NCBI GenBank assembly: GCA_963797555.1
Contig: CAWCPV010000005.1
Location: forward strand, 160,001-224,000
Reading direction: 5' to 3'
DNA length: 64,000 nucleotides
Source of the DNA: an uncultured Gammaproteobacteria bacterium
Lineage (GTDB): Bacteria > Pseudomonadota > Gammaproteobacteria > CAWCPV01
Shown here: positions 38,536 to 49,814 of the stretch, piece after piece
How positions within the stretch are numbered: the stretch's first letter is position 1
Layout: every line of letters starts with the position of its first letter
Position numbers and translations under genes: made by a program
Notes under the pieces: model-generated
What the model was told of the DNA's origin: nothing
The model's input: only the letters and a program-made list of their open reading frames with translations
The model's database searches: none

Positions 38536-39397
38536 GGACCTCCCCGAGGTTCGGGGAAACCATGATGCCCGGCAACCGCAAGCCGTAGCGCGTCGACGCG
38601 GCCTCGGCTTGTAAGACCCAGCGGCAGAGGGCGGAGAGGCGTTGCTCTGTGTCACCGGAGAGCATGTCCCAATCGAGCCACAGCTCGTCCTGGCGGCCGG
38701 CAGCAAAATGTTTGACCAGAACTTCGTCGCTTCGCGCGAAAGCCTTCCAGCAGATGCGACGAGGGGAGTCGCCGGGACGGTATTCCTGGAGCCCGGCGAA
38801 ATCCTCGTCGCGTCTCTCGGTTGCTCTGGAAGCCTCGCTGCTGGAACTGCTATGAGGCAACGGTGACGTGCCCTCGGGCCGGGGGTAGACCACGCAGCGG
38901 AGGTCTAAATCGACGTTTGCCCAGGCGCGAAAGAGCCCCAATGGGAAGGTGGTACAAAGGGTAATTGGTCCTGGGCAAAGGTATCCGCGTGCGGATGTTG
39001 GGGCAGCGGCTGTGAGCCAGGCGGTGGCGTCGGCGGGGACGTCGGTTGCGACAAGCTGGTCGGTGGGGAATCCTACGCGCAAGGCATAGTGAGGAGCGCG
39101 ACCGAAGTTTTGCAGGAGGATCGGAAAGTGGGCAGTTTGCCCAGCATACACCGGGGATGCGGCGCCTTTCCCCACGGAGAGGCCCACGAGGTTTCGGTAG
39201 GTCGAGATCATGGTTGTGAGGCCAAGGCTGGCCAGCAGGAACGTGAGGAGGTGTCCGAGGCTGCTGTTGTAGTTAATGGAGCCGACGAGCATAACCAAGA
39301 GGAGCCCGCCGTAAAGCAGCCCCTGGGACGTTGGGACGATGAAGATCTGTTTGCGCGAAAGGTGTACGGTAAGTAGCGAAGTCGTATAGTCCTCCAT
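38480..39397 (-). CDS. DUF58 protein
   Basis: FPLGLFRAW, DFAGLQEYRPGDSPRRICWKA. Confidence 0.9.
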   Translation of the reverse strand: MEDYTTSLLTVHLSRKQIFIVPTSQGLLYGGLLLVMLVGSINYNSSLGHLLTFLLASLGLTTMISTYRNLVGLSVGKGAASPVYAGQTAHFPILLQNFGRAPHYALRVGFPTDQLVATDVPADATAWLTAAAPTSARGYLCPGPITLCTTFPLGLFRAWANVDLDLRCVVYPRPEGTSPLPHSSSSSEASRATERRDEDFAGLQEYRPGDSPRRICWKAFARSDEVLVKHFAAGRQDELWLDWDMLSGDTEQRLSALCRWVLQAEAASTRYGLRLPGIMVSPNLGEVHGSRCLRVLALFDSPVGR

Positions 39398-39434
39398 TTG
39401 GGGGGCTCGGACGGCACCGGCCCGGCCTTATTAG

Positions 39435-39450
39435 CGTTCCACGTGGAACA
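39435..39450. promoter_or_regulatory. parS site (one mismatch)
   Basis: CGTTCCACGTGGAACA, intergenic. Confidence 0.85.
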
Positions 39451-39471
39451 TCTGCCTCTCGATCCAACGGG

Positions 39472-40392
39472 TCACGGCACGGCTACTTCGTTCAATAACA
39501 TGGCCGGTGAACTACGGTGCGTCCCAGCACCCGTCTGATGCACTGGGACCAAGCGGTGCGTGACTATGCTTGAAAGGATCGCCTGCACATCCTCCGGTAC
39601 CACATAGTCACGCCCGCCCAACAGAGCCCATGCCTGAGACGCCATGCGCAACGCTAGGCCGGCCCTCGGAGATAACCCGCGACGGAACTGCCCGGAATAT
39701 CTGCTGAAGTCCAGTAGTGCCCTAATATACCGAATCAGCGCGTCACCGACGTACACCTGGCTGACCGAGCCCTGCAGTTCCATTAGGATCTGTGGGTCCA
39801 GTGCTGATTCAAGACCCGCCAGCAGGGCGCGACGTTCTTGACCGGAGAGCAGGGTACGCTCGGCCTCTGTGTCGGGATAACCCAGCTCAATCCGCATGAG
39901 GAACCGGTCGAGCTGGGAATCCGGAAGCGGAAACGTACCCGCGTGGTCGGATGGATTCTGCGTTGCAATCACGAAGAAGGGATTAGGCAGAGGGCGGGTC
40001 TGCCCCTCGATGGTTACCTGACGCTCCTCCATTGCTTCCAGCAGCGCACTCTGGGTCTTGGGCGTGGCCCGGTTTATCTCGTCGGCAAGGACTAAGTGGG
40101 CAAAGATCGGTCCGGGATGGAACCGGAAAGCTCCTGCCGTTCGGTCGTAGATCGAGACCCCAAGAATGTCGCTGGGCAGCAGGTCGCTGGTGAATTGTAC
40201 CCGTTGAAAACTCAGACCTAGCACCCTAGCGAGGGTGTGTGCGAGAGTGGTCTTGCCCATCCCGGGAAGATCCTCGATCAGCAGGTGACCGCCGGCCATG
40301 ACGCAGGTCAGGGCTAAGCGGAGTGCCTCCTCTTTGCCGAGGATGATCTGACCGGCTTGGGCCAGTGCCCGATTCAAAATGGCTGCGGACAT
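39472..40392 (-). CDS. MoxR-family AAA+ ATPase
   Basis: PGMGKT, QFTSDLLPSD, DEINRA, ATQNP. Confidence 0.95.
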   Translation of the reverse strand: MSAAILNRALAQAGQIILGKEEALRLALTCVMAGGHLLIEDLPGMGKTTLAHTLARVLGLSFQRVQFTSDLLPSDILGVSIYDRTAGAFRFHPGPIFAHLVLADEINRATPKTQSALLEAMEERQVTIEGQTRPLPNPFFVIATQNPSDHAGTFPLPDSQLDRFLMRIELGYPDTEAERTLLSGQERRALLAGLESALDPQILMELQGSVSQVYVGDALIRYIRALLDFSRYSGQFRRGLSPRAGLALRMASQAWALLGGRDYVVPEDVQAILSSIVTHRLVPVHQTGAGTHRSSPAMLLNEVAVP

Positions 40393-40548
40393 GAAGAAAG
40401 CACCGCGAAAGCCCGCGCACAGGCTACTTTAAGCAAGGGACGCCAAAAGAACCAACGCAGGGCAGGGCGGAAGCAACGGCGTAGGGTTACCGTAGTCGCG
40501 CCACGGCATGAGACGGGAGAGCAAGACTTGTGGTCCTGCCGGTGTTGG

Positions 40549-41728
40549 TTAGGCGCGCGTAAGGCTATACCCTCGCAGGTTGCGCGCAAATTCTCCGAGT
40601 GCGCCGACACCCGTCGCCTCGGCTTGACGACACCAGTCATGCAGGGATTGCACCATGGCCTCGTGTGTCGTCGCGGAACGCTGCCACAGCGCCTGGAGCC
40701 GCTGCTTGAAATGATAGACGGTGCGCAGCTTGCTGCTGGACGCCAACACCGTCTCCAACTCCGCCTTGCTCTTCTCGTCGAGGAGCGCTTCGCTGCGGAC
40801 CAGCCAGCTACGGGCACGGCGATACACCTCGCGACAGGAGTCGTCCGCCCGCCGTAACTCCTCCTTGAGCACCGGGACGATTACGTGGCGGGCATAGGTC
40901 GCCATGACCTGAAACCGGTGGGTCGCGATGGCTGCGACCGCGTCGGTGTCCAATATGCCTTTGTGAGGTAGCACCAATGGGTCCGGTGCGACGCGCTTGA
41001 CGTGGGCGAGTCCGAATGCCTGCAGTATCCGGATGTAGAGCCAGCCGATATCGATCTCCCACCATTTGGAGGAGAGGCGGGCAGAACTGGCATAGGCATG
41101 ATGATTGTTGTGGAGTCTCTTCGCCCCCGATGATGATGCCCCACGGAACAATGTTGGTGGATGCGTCCGCAGTTTCGTAGGTGCGATAGCCCCAGTAGTG
41201 ACCGACCCCGTTGATGACACCCGCGGCCCAAAAAGGGATCCACGCCATCTGCGCTCCCCAGATTAGGGCGCCGGGAAGCACGCCGAACAGCACCAAGTCA
41301 ACAAAGAGCATGAGGAGGATCCCGGCCATCTGATGCGCAGAGTAAAGGTTGCGCTCCAACCAGTCGTCGGGCGTCCCGCGGCCATATTTTGCTAGCGTTT
41401 TCTCCTGCGCAGCGGTCGCCTGATAGAGACTTACCCCTCCCCATAGGACCCGATTGAGCCCGAGGATTTGAGGGCTGTGGGGATCCTCCGCAGTCTCACA
41501 TTTGGCATGGTGCTTGCGGTGGACAGCTACCCACTCGCGCGTGATCATGCCTGTGGTCAGCCATAGCCAGAAACGGAAGAAGTGGCTTGCTAGCGGGTGT
41601 AGCTCGAGGGCCCGATGCGCCTGGTGACGGTGAAGAAAGATGGTGACGCTGGCGATGGTGATATGGGTTAGGACTAGACCGACGACGACGTAGCCCCACA
41701 GGGACAGGTCGAGAATACCGTAAGCCAT
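40549..41728 (-). CDS. desA: DesA-type delta-9 fatty-acid desaturase (frameshift ~41118)
   Basis: His boxes HRHQAH, HRKHH, HNNHH; C-terminal helical extension. Confidence 0.88.
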
Positions 41729-41952
41729 GCAGTTTACCTTCTTGGATGCAAGACTGAGTGGAACCAAGTGTTCTCTGGCGAGTGCTCGGCGGCTCCCAGA
41801 AACTCTGGGCACAGCCAAAGGACGCGGCTATATTACGGGAAAGGCAAAGGTTTGTCGATGTGGTGTTGCGAGGAAATAAATTGTCTGGACTTGTAGCACG
41901 CGATCACGTGATCTGTCCGGTTGGTCGACCTCCCGGCAGGCGACAGAACTGC

Positions 41953-43093
41953 TAGTGCAGTGTCTCACAAATAGCTATGCACAGATCTGCTCCATCCGGT
42001 TTCGGGCCGCGACGATCTTGCGCAGGATGTCCTCGCCCTTGGCGTTCCAAACATAGCGCTTGGGGTGGGCGTTACGCTCAGCGAGAAAGGCGATGATAGC
42101 CTCGGCGAGCGCCTTGACGGAGCCAAAGCTGCCTTCGGCGAGAAAATCGCCCAGATCGCGGAAGAACCGCTCGACCAGATTCATCCAGGACGAAGAGGTG
42201 GGGGTGAAGTGCAGGTGCATGCGCGGGTGCTTCGCGAGCCACGCCTTGACCGCCTGATGCTTGTGGGTGGCGTAATTGTCGAGGATAAGATGGAGGTCGA
42301 GGTCCTGGGGGGTTTCCCGGTCGATGCGGCGCAGAAACGCGAGCCACTCCTGATGGCGGTGCTTGCGCGCCAGGGCGGTGGTGAGCTTGCCCTCCAAGTA
42401 GTTGAGCGCCGCGAACAGGGTGAGCGTGCCGTGACGGATGTAGTCGTGGGTGCGCGTCCTGAGGTGACCGATGCCGAGGGGCAGCCCTGGCTGGGTGCGC
42501 TCCAGCGCCTGCATCTGGGTCTTCTCGTCGCAGCAGAGCACGACCGCCTTCCAGAATTTCGCCTCAAAGTGCTTGTCCTTGGACAGCTTGAACTGGCGGT
42601 TCAGGTGCGGCTTGATGTCATTGGCCGCCCACAGCCGCTGCACACTCGCCTTCGAGATGCCCGCGGCGGCAAGCCATGGTGCGGCAGCTCCAGCGCCCCA
42701 GATGCGCCGGCGGCTTACCGACCGTCTCCAGCACCCGCCTCACCTTCGCCTGCGAGAGCCTGGGCTTGCGCCCTCGTCCGGGCGCATCCGCCAGCCCCGC
42801 CAAGCTCCGCTGCCGATAGCGCCGGCACCACTGCCCGACGCTCGCCCGCGTGGTGCCCAGCTTCGCGGCGATGGCCTTCTGATCCAGTCCTTCAACAGCC
42901 AGCAGAATGATTCTCGCGCGCTGCCGATCCCGAACTGCCACCGTGTGCGAACGCACTCGACGCTGCAGCTCTTGCGCCTCTTCTGGCAATACCTCCAGGG
43001 ACATCCTCCTCATGGCTCCCGCCTCCCAGTGCCCGTACTTCCAGTATGGCACCAGTCCGGCATAAGTAAAGGCATTTGTGAGACACTGCACTA
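41953..43093 (-). mobile_element. IS630-family element, frameshifted transposase 41975-43013
   Basis: Perfect 20-bp TIR tagtgcagtgtctcacaaat in CTAG contexts; DEKTQ, DNYATHK, WMNLVERFF. Confidence 0.93.
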
Positions 43094-43108
43094 GAGGAGA
43101 TCCGGCCG

Positions 43109-43335
43109 ATGAGGTTCGAGGAAGCGTATGGAGGTTGGCGGCAGGGGGCGGCTGAGGCAAGAGGAGGGGGCCAGGCTCCAGCGTTTTCGCCGTTACATTG
43201 ACCGATGTGAGGATGAAGGGCTGGACGGACTCATCGGCAAGCGGCTGTCGCAAGTCTCCCATCGTCGGGCGCCGGTCGATGGGGTCCTGAGGCTGACTGA
43301 GCGCTATGCCAGGCGGCATTTGGGCTGGAACGTCA
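43109..43335 (+). pseudogene. ISNCY/IS1202-like transposase 5' fragment
   Basis: MRFEEAYGGW..FRRYIDRCEDEGLDGLIGKRLSQVSHRRAPVD..GWNV. Confidence 0.7.
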
Positions 43336-43430
43336 TCGCGCCGGGCCAAGCTCGGCGCATCTTGCGGGGTGAGAGATGACGCGCACCCTGAAGTGCTGGT
43401 AAAGCTTGGATAGCGGATGCCGAGGGTTTT
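43336..43430 (+). mobile_element. Internally deleted 5' fragment of a group II intron related to the one at 59787
   Basis: tcgcgccggg start; tgacgcgcaccctgaagtgctggta and gcggatgccgagggtttt shared with 59946-60008. Confidence 0.75.
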
Positions 43431-43480
43431 AGCGTGAAAGAAGCCCGTTTTCGGCGCACGGGGCCTGACCGATGAAGGGA
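43429..43480 (-). mobile_element. Orphan IS110 right end
   Basis: Minus strand tcatcggtcaggc..ggcttctttcacgctaa, similar to 30164-30213. Confidence 0.7.
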
Positions 43481-43501
43481 TCTGGGTGAGGCGGCGCGCG
43501 G

Positions 43502-44147
43502 TCAGTACTCGACGATGCCCCATCCCTCGCGCAACGCCATCTGGCGCAGACGCCGGTCGGGGTGCACGGCCACTGGTATGCCCACACGGTCGAGTAGCGG
43601 CAAATCATTGTAAGAGTCCGCGTAGGCCACGCACTCTTCCAGCGGTACCTTCAGCTCGGCGCACAGTGCAAGCGCGCTCTGCAGCTTCCCATCGCCGAAG
43701 GGATGGACAAGGGGAGGACAGCCGATGAAAACCTCGTCCTGCTGGGCGCACTGCGTCGCGCTGAAGGCCGCCACGCCCAGTTGCGCGGCCAATGGGCGGG
43801 CGATAAAGTCCGGCGTGCCGGTCAACAGCGCCACCGGCTGGCCCGCCCGTTGGTGCCTTCTGATGCGTTCCAGCATGCTAGGCCGCACCCGCTTGCTGAG
43901 GTCTTGGTGCACGAACTTGGCCGCCATCTCCTCGATTGGCCCCACGTCCAAGCCCGCGAGGTAGGCCTTGTTCTTTTTGCCCACCTGCGTCCCGTACTTG
44001 GGCCACCACAGGGCATAGAAGGCGAGCGCCGACGCGACCTGCTGTGCGCCCAGGTAGCGGGCCTGAATGAGGTATCTTACGAACCGGCGTTCGGAGCTAG
44101 AATCCCTCCAGCAAGGTGCCGTCAACGTCCATCAGGACGCCGCCCAA
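43502..44147 (-). CDS. HAD-IB family phosphatase (frameshift ~44105)
   Basis: MDVDGTLL, LLTGT, K, YADSYNDLPLL. Confidence 0.85.
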
Positions 44148-44148
44148 T

Positions 44149-44781
44149 CTAACGGGTTCCGCGCGACGGCCTGGACGAGACCAGTATTCCCTCGGAGAGC
44201 ATAAATTCGAGGACCACCGGTACGCCCCGCAACAGGCAGACGGCGACCGACGCGGAGACCAGAGTGAGAGTCACCGCGTGGAGAAGGGGCGCCAAGTCGC
44301 TCCAGAAGAGGGGAAACAGCGCGGGCCACGGTTGGATCAGGAAGACCCAGCCGAATGTGACCGCCTTGATCACGCCGTACAGCGCACGCATGAGCCGCCC
44401 CGAGACAAGAAACCGGCCCACAGGGGTGCGCATCATGCTGAACGCGCTCTGCCCTTGGGCTGCGCCCTGACAGCGCACGGAGTCGACGACCAGACTGCGG
44501 GTGATGAAGACGATGGCCACCCACACCGGGATGAGCCCCAGGTGGGCCAGTACGACCCACAGCACATTTTCCACCACGCGGTCCACAGCAATGTCGAAGA
44601 TAGAGCCGAAGACCGATGATTCCCCGCGTCTTCGGGCTACATATCCATCCACTGCATCCAAGCCGATGATGAGCACCAAAAGCGGCATGTCGAGGAGTTG
44701 CCAGAGAGGGGGGGCTTGGTAGGCCATAATCACCAGAACGAACAACAGCAGGAAGCGGCTAAGCGTGACCAGATTGGCCAT
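44149..44781 (-). CDS. CDP-alcohol phosphatidyltransferase
   Basis: ANLVTLSR, DAVDGYVARRRGESSVFGSIFDIAVDR. Confidence 0.9.
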   Translation of the reverse strand: MANLVTLSRFLLLFVLVIMAYQAPPLWQLLDMPLLVLIIGLDAVDGYVARRRGESSVFGSIFDIAVDRVVENVLWVVLAHLGLIPVWVAIVFITRSLVVDSVRCQGAAQGQSAFSMMRTPVGRFLVSGRLMRALYGVIKAVTFGWVFLIQPWPALFPLFWSDLAPLLHAVTLTLVSASVAVCLLRGVPVVLEFMLSEGILVSSRPSRGTR

Positions 44782-44926
44782 ATCTACACGGGGTCCCGGT
44801 GCGGCGTGACGCTGATTATATTGGTTTCGCCTTGGAGCCGACAAACGACGTACTAACGCTTGCCATCCTCGTTGCTCGCTGGTTACGGGTATGATTCATG
44901 ACCAGATCTCTGTGACGGGGTGTTCG

Positions 44927-45241
44927 ATGAACCAGTCCTACTACCGGTATCACGTCTTCTTTTGCACGAACCAAAGGCAGGACGGGTCCCAGTGCTGCCA
45001 GAACCGCAATGCGCGGGCCATGCGCGATTATGTCAAGCAGCGGGTCAAGGCGCTAGGAATGGGTCGGGCGGGCGGTATACGCATCAACATCGCAGGCTGC
45101 ATGGACCGTTGCTCCGAGGGGCCGGTGCTCGTGGTGTACCCGGAAGCGGTCTGGTATACGTACGTGGACCGAGAGGACATCGACGAGATCGTAGAGGAGC
45201 ACCTTGTCCATGGACGTGTCGTCGAGCGGCTCAGGATCTGA
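44927..45241 (+). CDS. Thioredoxin-like [2Fe-2S] ferredoxin
   Basis: HVFFCTNQR..CC..GCMDRCSEGPVLVVYPEAVWY. Confidence 0.92.
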   Translation: MNQSYYRYHVFFCTNQRQDGSQCCQNRNARAMRDYVKQRVKALGMGRAGGIRINIAGCMDRCSEGPVLVVYPEAVWYTYVDREDIDEIVEEHLVHGRVVERLRI

Positions 45242-45409
45242 GTGCCCAAGCGTCCCGGAGGCGATGGGCCTCACCAAGTCCTACCAGCGGGCGCTAGGAA
45301 GTTGGGGAAGACCGTCCTGGGTTATGGGGCGCCCGGCAATCTTCTGTTGCGGGATCTGGCCGAACAGACGATGCCGTGCTTCCTCCACCGCCCCGTCAAC
45401 CTGGGGGAG

Positions 45410-47150
45410 TGGCAATGGCACGGAGCCGTCGCTCCGAGCGCCGGCGATGCCGCCTCAGGCGCTTGTATTTCGCCTGTGCCCAACAGGCCAAACGCTCGTC
45501 GAGATAGCGAAGCGTCGGGTAAAGCGCCGATGGGTAGTAACGACCGTAGTACGTCAGCCAACCCCGGATGACGGGATTGAACATCCGAGCCAGGTCGTCA
45601 ATCCGCTTGTCCACCCGGCAACCGAGCTGCCAGTCACGAATCGCTTGACGCATGCGTTTTGCGGCCCGGTTGCTGACCGCCGGGCTGAAGTTGACGAAGT
45701 ACTTTCCCCAGCGATTCTTCGAACGCCGCGACCGGAACGTATAGCCGAGGAAGTCGAATTTCTCGTTGGGGTAGTGGCCCCGTCGGTCGTCATCGTTGCA
45801 GTAGACAATCTGCGTCTTCTGCGGATGCAGCTCCAGCCCGCACTCCGCAAACCGCCCCTGCAGCACACGCTTCAGCCATTGCGCCTGCGCTTCGCTCACA
45901 CAGTGGCAGAGGATATCATCGGCAAATCGCTCGAACGGAATGTGCGGATGGTGTTTCGCCATCCACCGGTCGAACGCATAATGCAAGAAGAGGTTCGCAA
46001 GCAAGGGGAAATCACGGACCCCTGCGGCGTCCCCCGCTCCCGGGGCTCCAGGGTGCCATCAGCCAACTGCACGGGGGCTTTCAGCCACCGCTCGATGTAC
46101 AACAGCACCCAGCGACAGTCGGTGTGCTTCTTCACCGCCTTGAGAAGCAGGTCGTGCGGAATGGTGTCGAAATAGGCCCGGATGTCCAGGTCGAGCACCC
46201 AGTCATAGCGCCAGCAACGCTCACGCGCCACGCCCACGGCGTCCAACGCCGACTTCCCAGGCCGGTACCCATAGGAGTCCGAATGGAAATGCTTCTCCAA
46301 CTCGGGCTCCAGGTACCCCTTCACCACCGCCTGCGCAATGCGGTCCGCGACCGTCGGGATCCCCAACGGCCTCGTCCCACCCTCTCGCTTGGCGATCTCC
46401 ACACGCTTCACCGGTGGCGGAAAGTAGCTGCCTGACGACAATCGATTCCACAGCTTGTAGAGGTTGTTTTCCAAATCCTCCTCAAACACCTCTATCGACT
46501 GCTCGTCGACACCAGCCGCTCCCCGGTTTGCCTTCACCCGTTTGTACGCTTCCCAAACCCAACGCTTGGGAATACAAAACGGCTTTGCTTTATCCAAAAG
46601 GCTCCTCCCGTTTCCGGTTGACCTTCCGATAAGACCGGACAGTGCCGCCCCTTTGCTCCAGCCCCATTACAGGACCTTCAACGCTCCTACGGGCGGCTCC
46701 GCCCCTGTGCCCCGCCTCGGTACTCTGGCTCTCGTGGGGCTGCCACTTGAGCGGCTCCCTTCACATCGGGGCGACAGGTTCCCACGTTCCACACAAGAGC
46801 CTGAACCAAGGTCACGCCGCCTTCGTGCCGGAGGCCATCTGGCCAGTCAACAGGCTCCCGCCAGACTCATCCCAGGTTAACGACTACCCCCTGGTTTCGA
46901 CCTCGTCCCTACGCTTTCGACAGCTCATCGACGGTTCGCTTGCGCTCGTCTCCTTGGCCCACACCTGACAAAGTCTCGCCCTGCCTTTTCCTCGACGCTC
47001 ACCACCCGGACTCTTGACCCGCGCAGCTCGAGGCGGTTTGAAGCCTGCACCTGCATGCCGGCTTCGAGGGGCCTGCCCTCATCTCTCGTGCAGCATGGCT
47101 GCTCCAGTGTGCTCAATTCATAAGCACTCCTTCGCGCCTTCGTGGCGCAC
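45410..47150 (-). mobile_element. Class-D-like group II intron (RT 46597 to ~45410, frameshift ~46005), 3' end lost
   Basis: 5' GTGCG at 47150; KPFCIPKRWVWEAY, GTPQG, FADD, RGWLTYY; no D5/D6. Confidence 0.92.
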
Positions 47151-47220
47151 TGTCGTCGATGTAGCGCACCAGGTAGGCTTCGCCCCGCAACCGGGACTTG
47201 ACCACCCGCTCGAACCACAG
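47151..47220 (-). pseudogene. Class-E-like RT fragment (LWFERVVKSRLRGEAYLVRYIDD), the 5' exon of that intron
   Basis: 47152-47220 is identical to 28898-28966. Confidence 0.9.
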
Positions 47221-47230
47221 ATCCGGAACG

Positions 47231-48760
47231 TGTCAACAACTTTGAGACACGGGTGGTTGGAAACTAAGTTGTCCATTGCCGCCATCTCGCATTGGCCGAG
47301 CGTGTTGGCTTGCTCGAGGAGCAGGGTACTGGTCGTGGGCAGATCCTGCTCGGGGACTATCGGGTTGATGGCGACCAGCTTGGGGGGCTGGGCTGCGACT
47401 GGGCGCCCCCGCACGAAGCGCTCGGGATGTGCCTGGTGGGCGGCATCGAGCGCCGCCTGGCGCACCGCCAAGAGCTCCTTGACCCGTCCGTGAAACACAT
47501 CAGCCGGCGTGAACAGGGCGAGCCCCGAATGCTGATGGTGGTGGTTGTACCAGTCGAAGAACTCGGTGCACCAAGCCCGCCCCTGCTCGAGACCTCGGAA
47601 GCGACCGGGAAAGTCCGGCTGGTACTTGAGGGTCTTGAACTGAGACTCGGAGAAGGGATTGTCGTTACTCACCCTGGGGCGGGAGTGAGAGGGCTCCACC
47701 TTCAGCTCCGCCAGGAGGTCGAGAAAGCCCCGTGCGGTCATGGGGGCACCGCGGTCCTGGTGGACCCGCAGGCTGCGTGGCTCGATGCCATGGCGATGGA
47801 TGGCTTCTGCCAGCAGTTGTTTGGCGAGTGCACTGTTCTCGCGGGCCGCCAGCCAAGCCACCACGAAGCGGCTGTAGAGGTCGAGCACCACGTAGAGATT
47901 CAGGAACACCCCTCGGCTCAGGGTGGCGAGCTTGGTGATGTCCCAGGTCCAGACTTGGTTGGGGGCGCTTGCCTCCAAGCGCGGCACGGGATGGTGAGTT
48001 TTGGGGCGCACGGCGCGCCGCTCGCCCGACTCTGCGGATTCGGCCAACAGCCGATGCATGGTGCGAACAGAACACAGATACCGCCCCTCGTCCAGAAGCT
48101 TGGCGTAGACCTCAGCCGGGGGCTGGTCGATGAAGCGCTCCTCGTGGAGCACCTCGAGCACTTCCCGGCGCTGCGCCTCGCTCAGGCGCCGTGGGCTACA
48201 CCGTGGACCGCTGGCAGGCCGAGTAACCCGCGGTCGGTGCCGATAGAGTGTCGCCCGCGCAAGCCCCAGGGCCGCACAGGCGGACTTGAGCGGCACCACC
48301 GGGTCACGCGCTTCGAGTGAAGCGCACTCATGGCACGTGCTCGCTCTCGGTGGCCGCCAACAACTCCTGGGCTTTTTTTGGAGCTCAAGGAGCTTCTCGG
48401 CGATGAGGAGCTTGCGCGTGAGGATCGCCTTGTCGCGCTCCAGCGCCTCGATGCGCGCCGGTCCTTGGCATCCTTGAGCGCCTTGCGACCCGGCTTCCTG
48501 GGTGCGAGCCCGGCCTCGCCTTCACGCTCGAGCTGCACACGCCAGGCCGCCAATTGGGAGCTGTACAGCCGCTCTCGACGCAGCAGCGCCGCCAGTGCTC
48601 CACGCTCAGTGCAAGCCTCGGCCTCGGCCAAAAGACGTTGCTTGTCCTCGGCCGAGAAGCGCCGATGCAGCCCCCGATCATGCTCAGGGTTGGCTACCAC
48701 CTCAGTACCACTTCCAACTGAAACAGGCTTGGGCATGACATCCTCCAGTCCGCCCTCGAA
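47231..48760 (-). mobile_element. IS3-family element (orfA from 48736, orfB rve), left end interrupted
   Basis: TG-starting end at 47231; WTWDIT, HQDRG, DNPFSESQFKTLK; A7G slippery run ~48373-48379. Confidence 0.88.
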
Positions 48761-48766
48761 TCATCC

Positions 48767-48967
48767 TAACGATCATTGCGTCTGGCGCCACCCCAGAGGA
48801 TGAAAGAAGCTGTGGGGTGGGAGACGGCGGGAAGAGGTCGCGCAAGTTTTTGGCGGCTCGACCCCGCAACCTAACGTGACCCGCCGGACCGACTCGTACC
48901 CCGGATTGCTTCCCTACAGAGCGCACGTTAAACAGGCCGTCGGCGGCTTGCCGCCTTCAGGCTCACT
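48767..48967 (+). repeat. Second copy of the IS110 non-coding left end (candidate bridge RNA), no transposase
   Basis: Near-identical reverse complement of 31516-31717. Confidence 0.92.
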
Positions 48968-49814
48968 GGGGTATGGACGCTGGTCGGGAAGCCCCGCGGG
49001 CGCGCCGCAGGATTCGGAAACCCGGCGGTGGGCGTAAGCGACAAAAGGAAGCAGGACGAGACGCTGCTTTCGGATCTGGATCGACTGCTCGATCCGGTGA
49101 CCCGAGGCGATCCGATGTCGCCGTTGCGCTGGACTTGCAAGAGCACGACCAAGCTGGCGGCAGAGCTTCGGGACAGGGGGCATCGGGTATCGCAGGCGAC
49201 GGTGTGGAGACTGCTCGATGAGCTCGGCTACAGTATGCAGTCCAATCGCAAGACCCGAGAAGGCTCGGACCATCCCGATCGCAACGCGCAGTTCGAGTTC
49301 ATCGGTGCGAGCGTGAACGATTTCCTGGGCAGGGGTCTGCCCGTGGTCTCGGTCGATACCCAAAAGAAGGAGCTCATCGGGCGGTTCAAGAACAGTGGCC
49401 GAGAATGGCAGCGCAAGACTTTGTCGACCAAGAACTCGGCAAGGCCATCCCCTACGGGGTCTACGACATCGCTCGCAACGAAGGCTGGGGAAGTCGCGGC
49501 ATTACCCACGACACGGCGGAATTCTCCGTCGAGACCCTGCGGCGTTGGTGGTACCGCATGGGCAGCCAAGTCTATCCCCGGGCCTCGGAGATGCTGATCA
49601 CCGCCGACGGGGGTGGCAGCAATGGCGCCCGAGTCCGGTTGTGGAAGCTGATGCTGCAACAGCTTGCCGACGAGCTAGGCATCGCTATCCACATCAGACA
49701 CTTTCCGCCTGGAACGAGCAAGTGGAACAAGATCGAGCACCGCATGTTCTGTCACATCACCGAGAACTGGCGTGGCCGTCCCTTGACCAGTCAACTGGCG
49801 ATCGTGTCCTTGAT
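48968..49814 (+). pseudogene. ISAzo13-family transposase fragment
   Basis: RGDPMSPLRWTCKS, SVDTQKKE, PYGVYD, TADGGGSN, SKWNKIEHR. Confidence 0.88.

Noticed and set aside
41340-41728. desA C-terminal extension as a transposase fusion
   Set aside because: The helical tail (40549-41000) is a normal part of proteobacterial DesA; no IS ends flank it.
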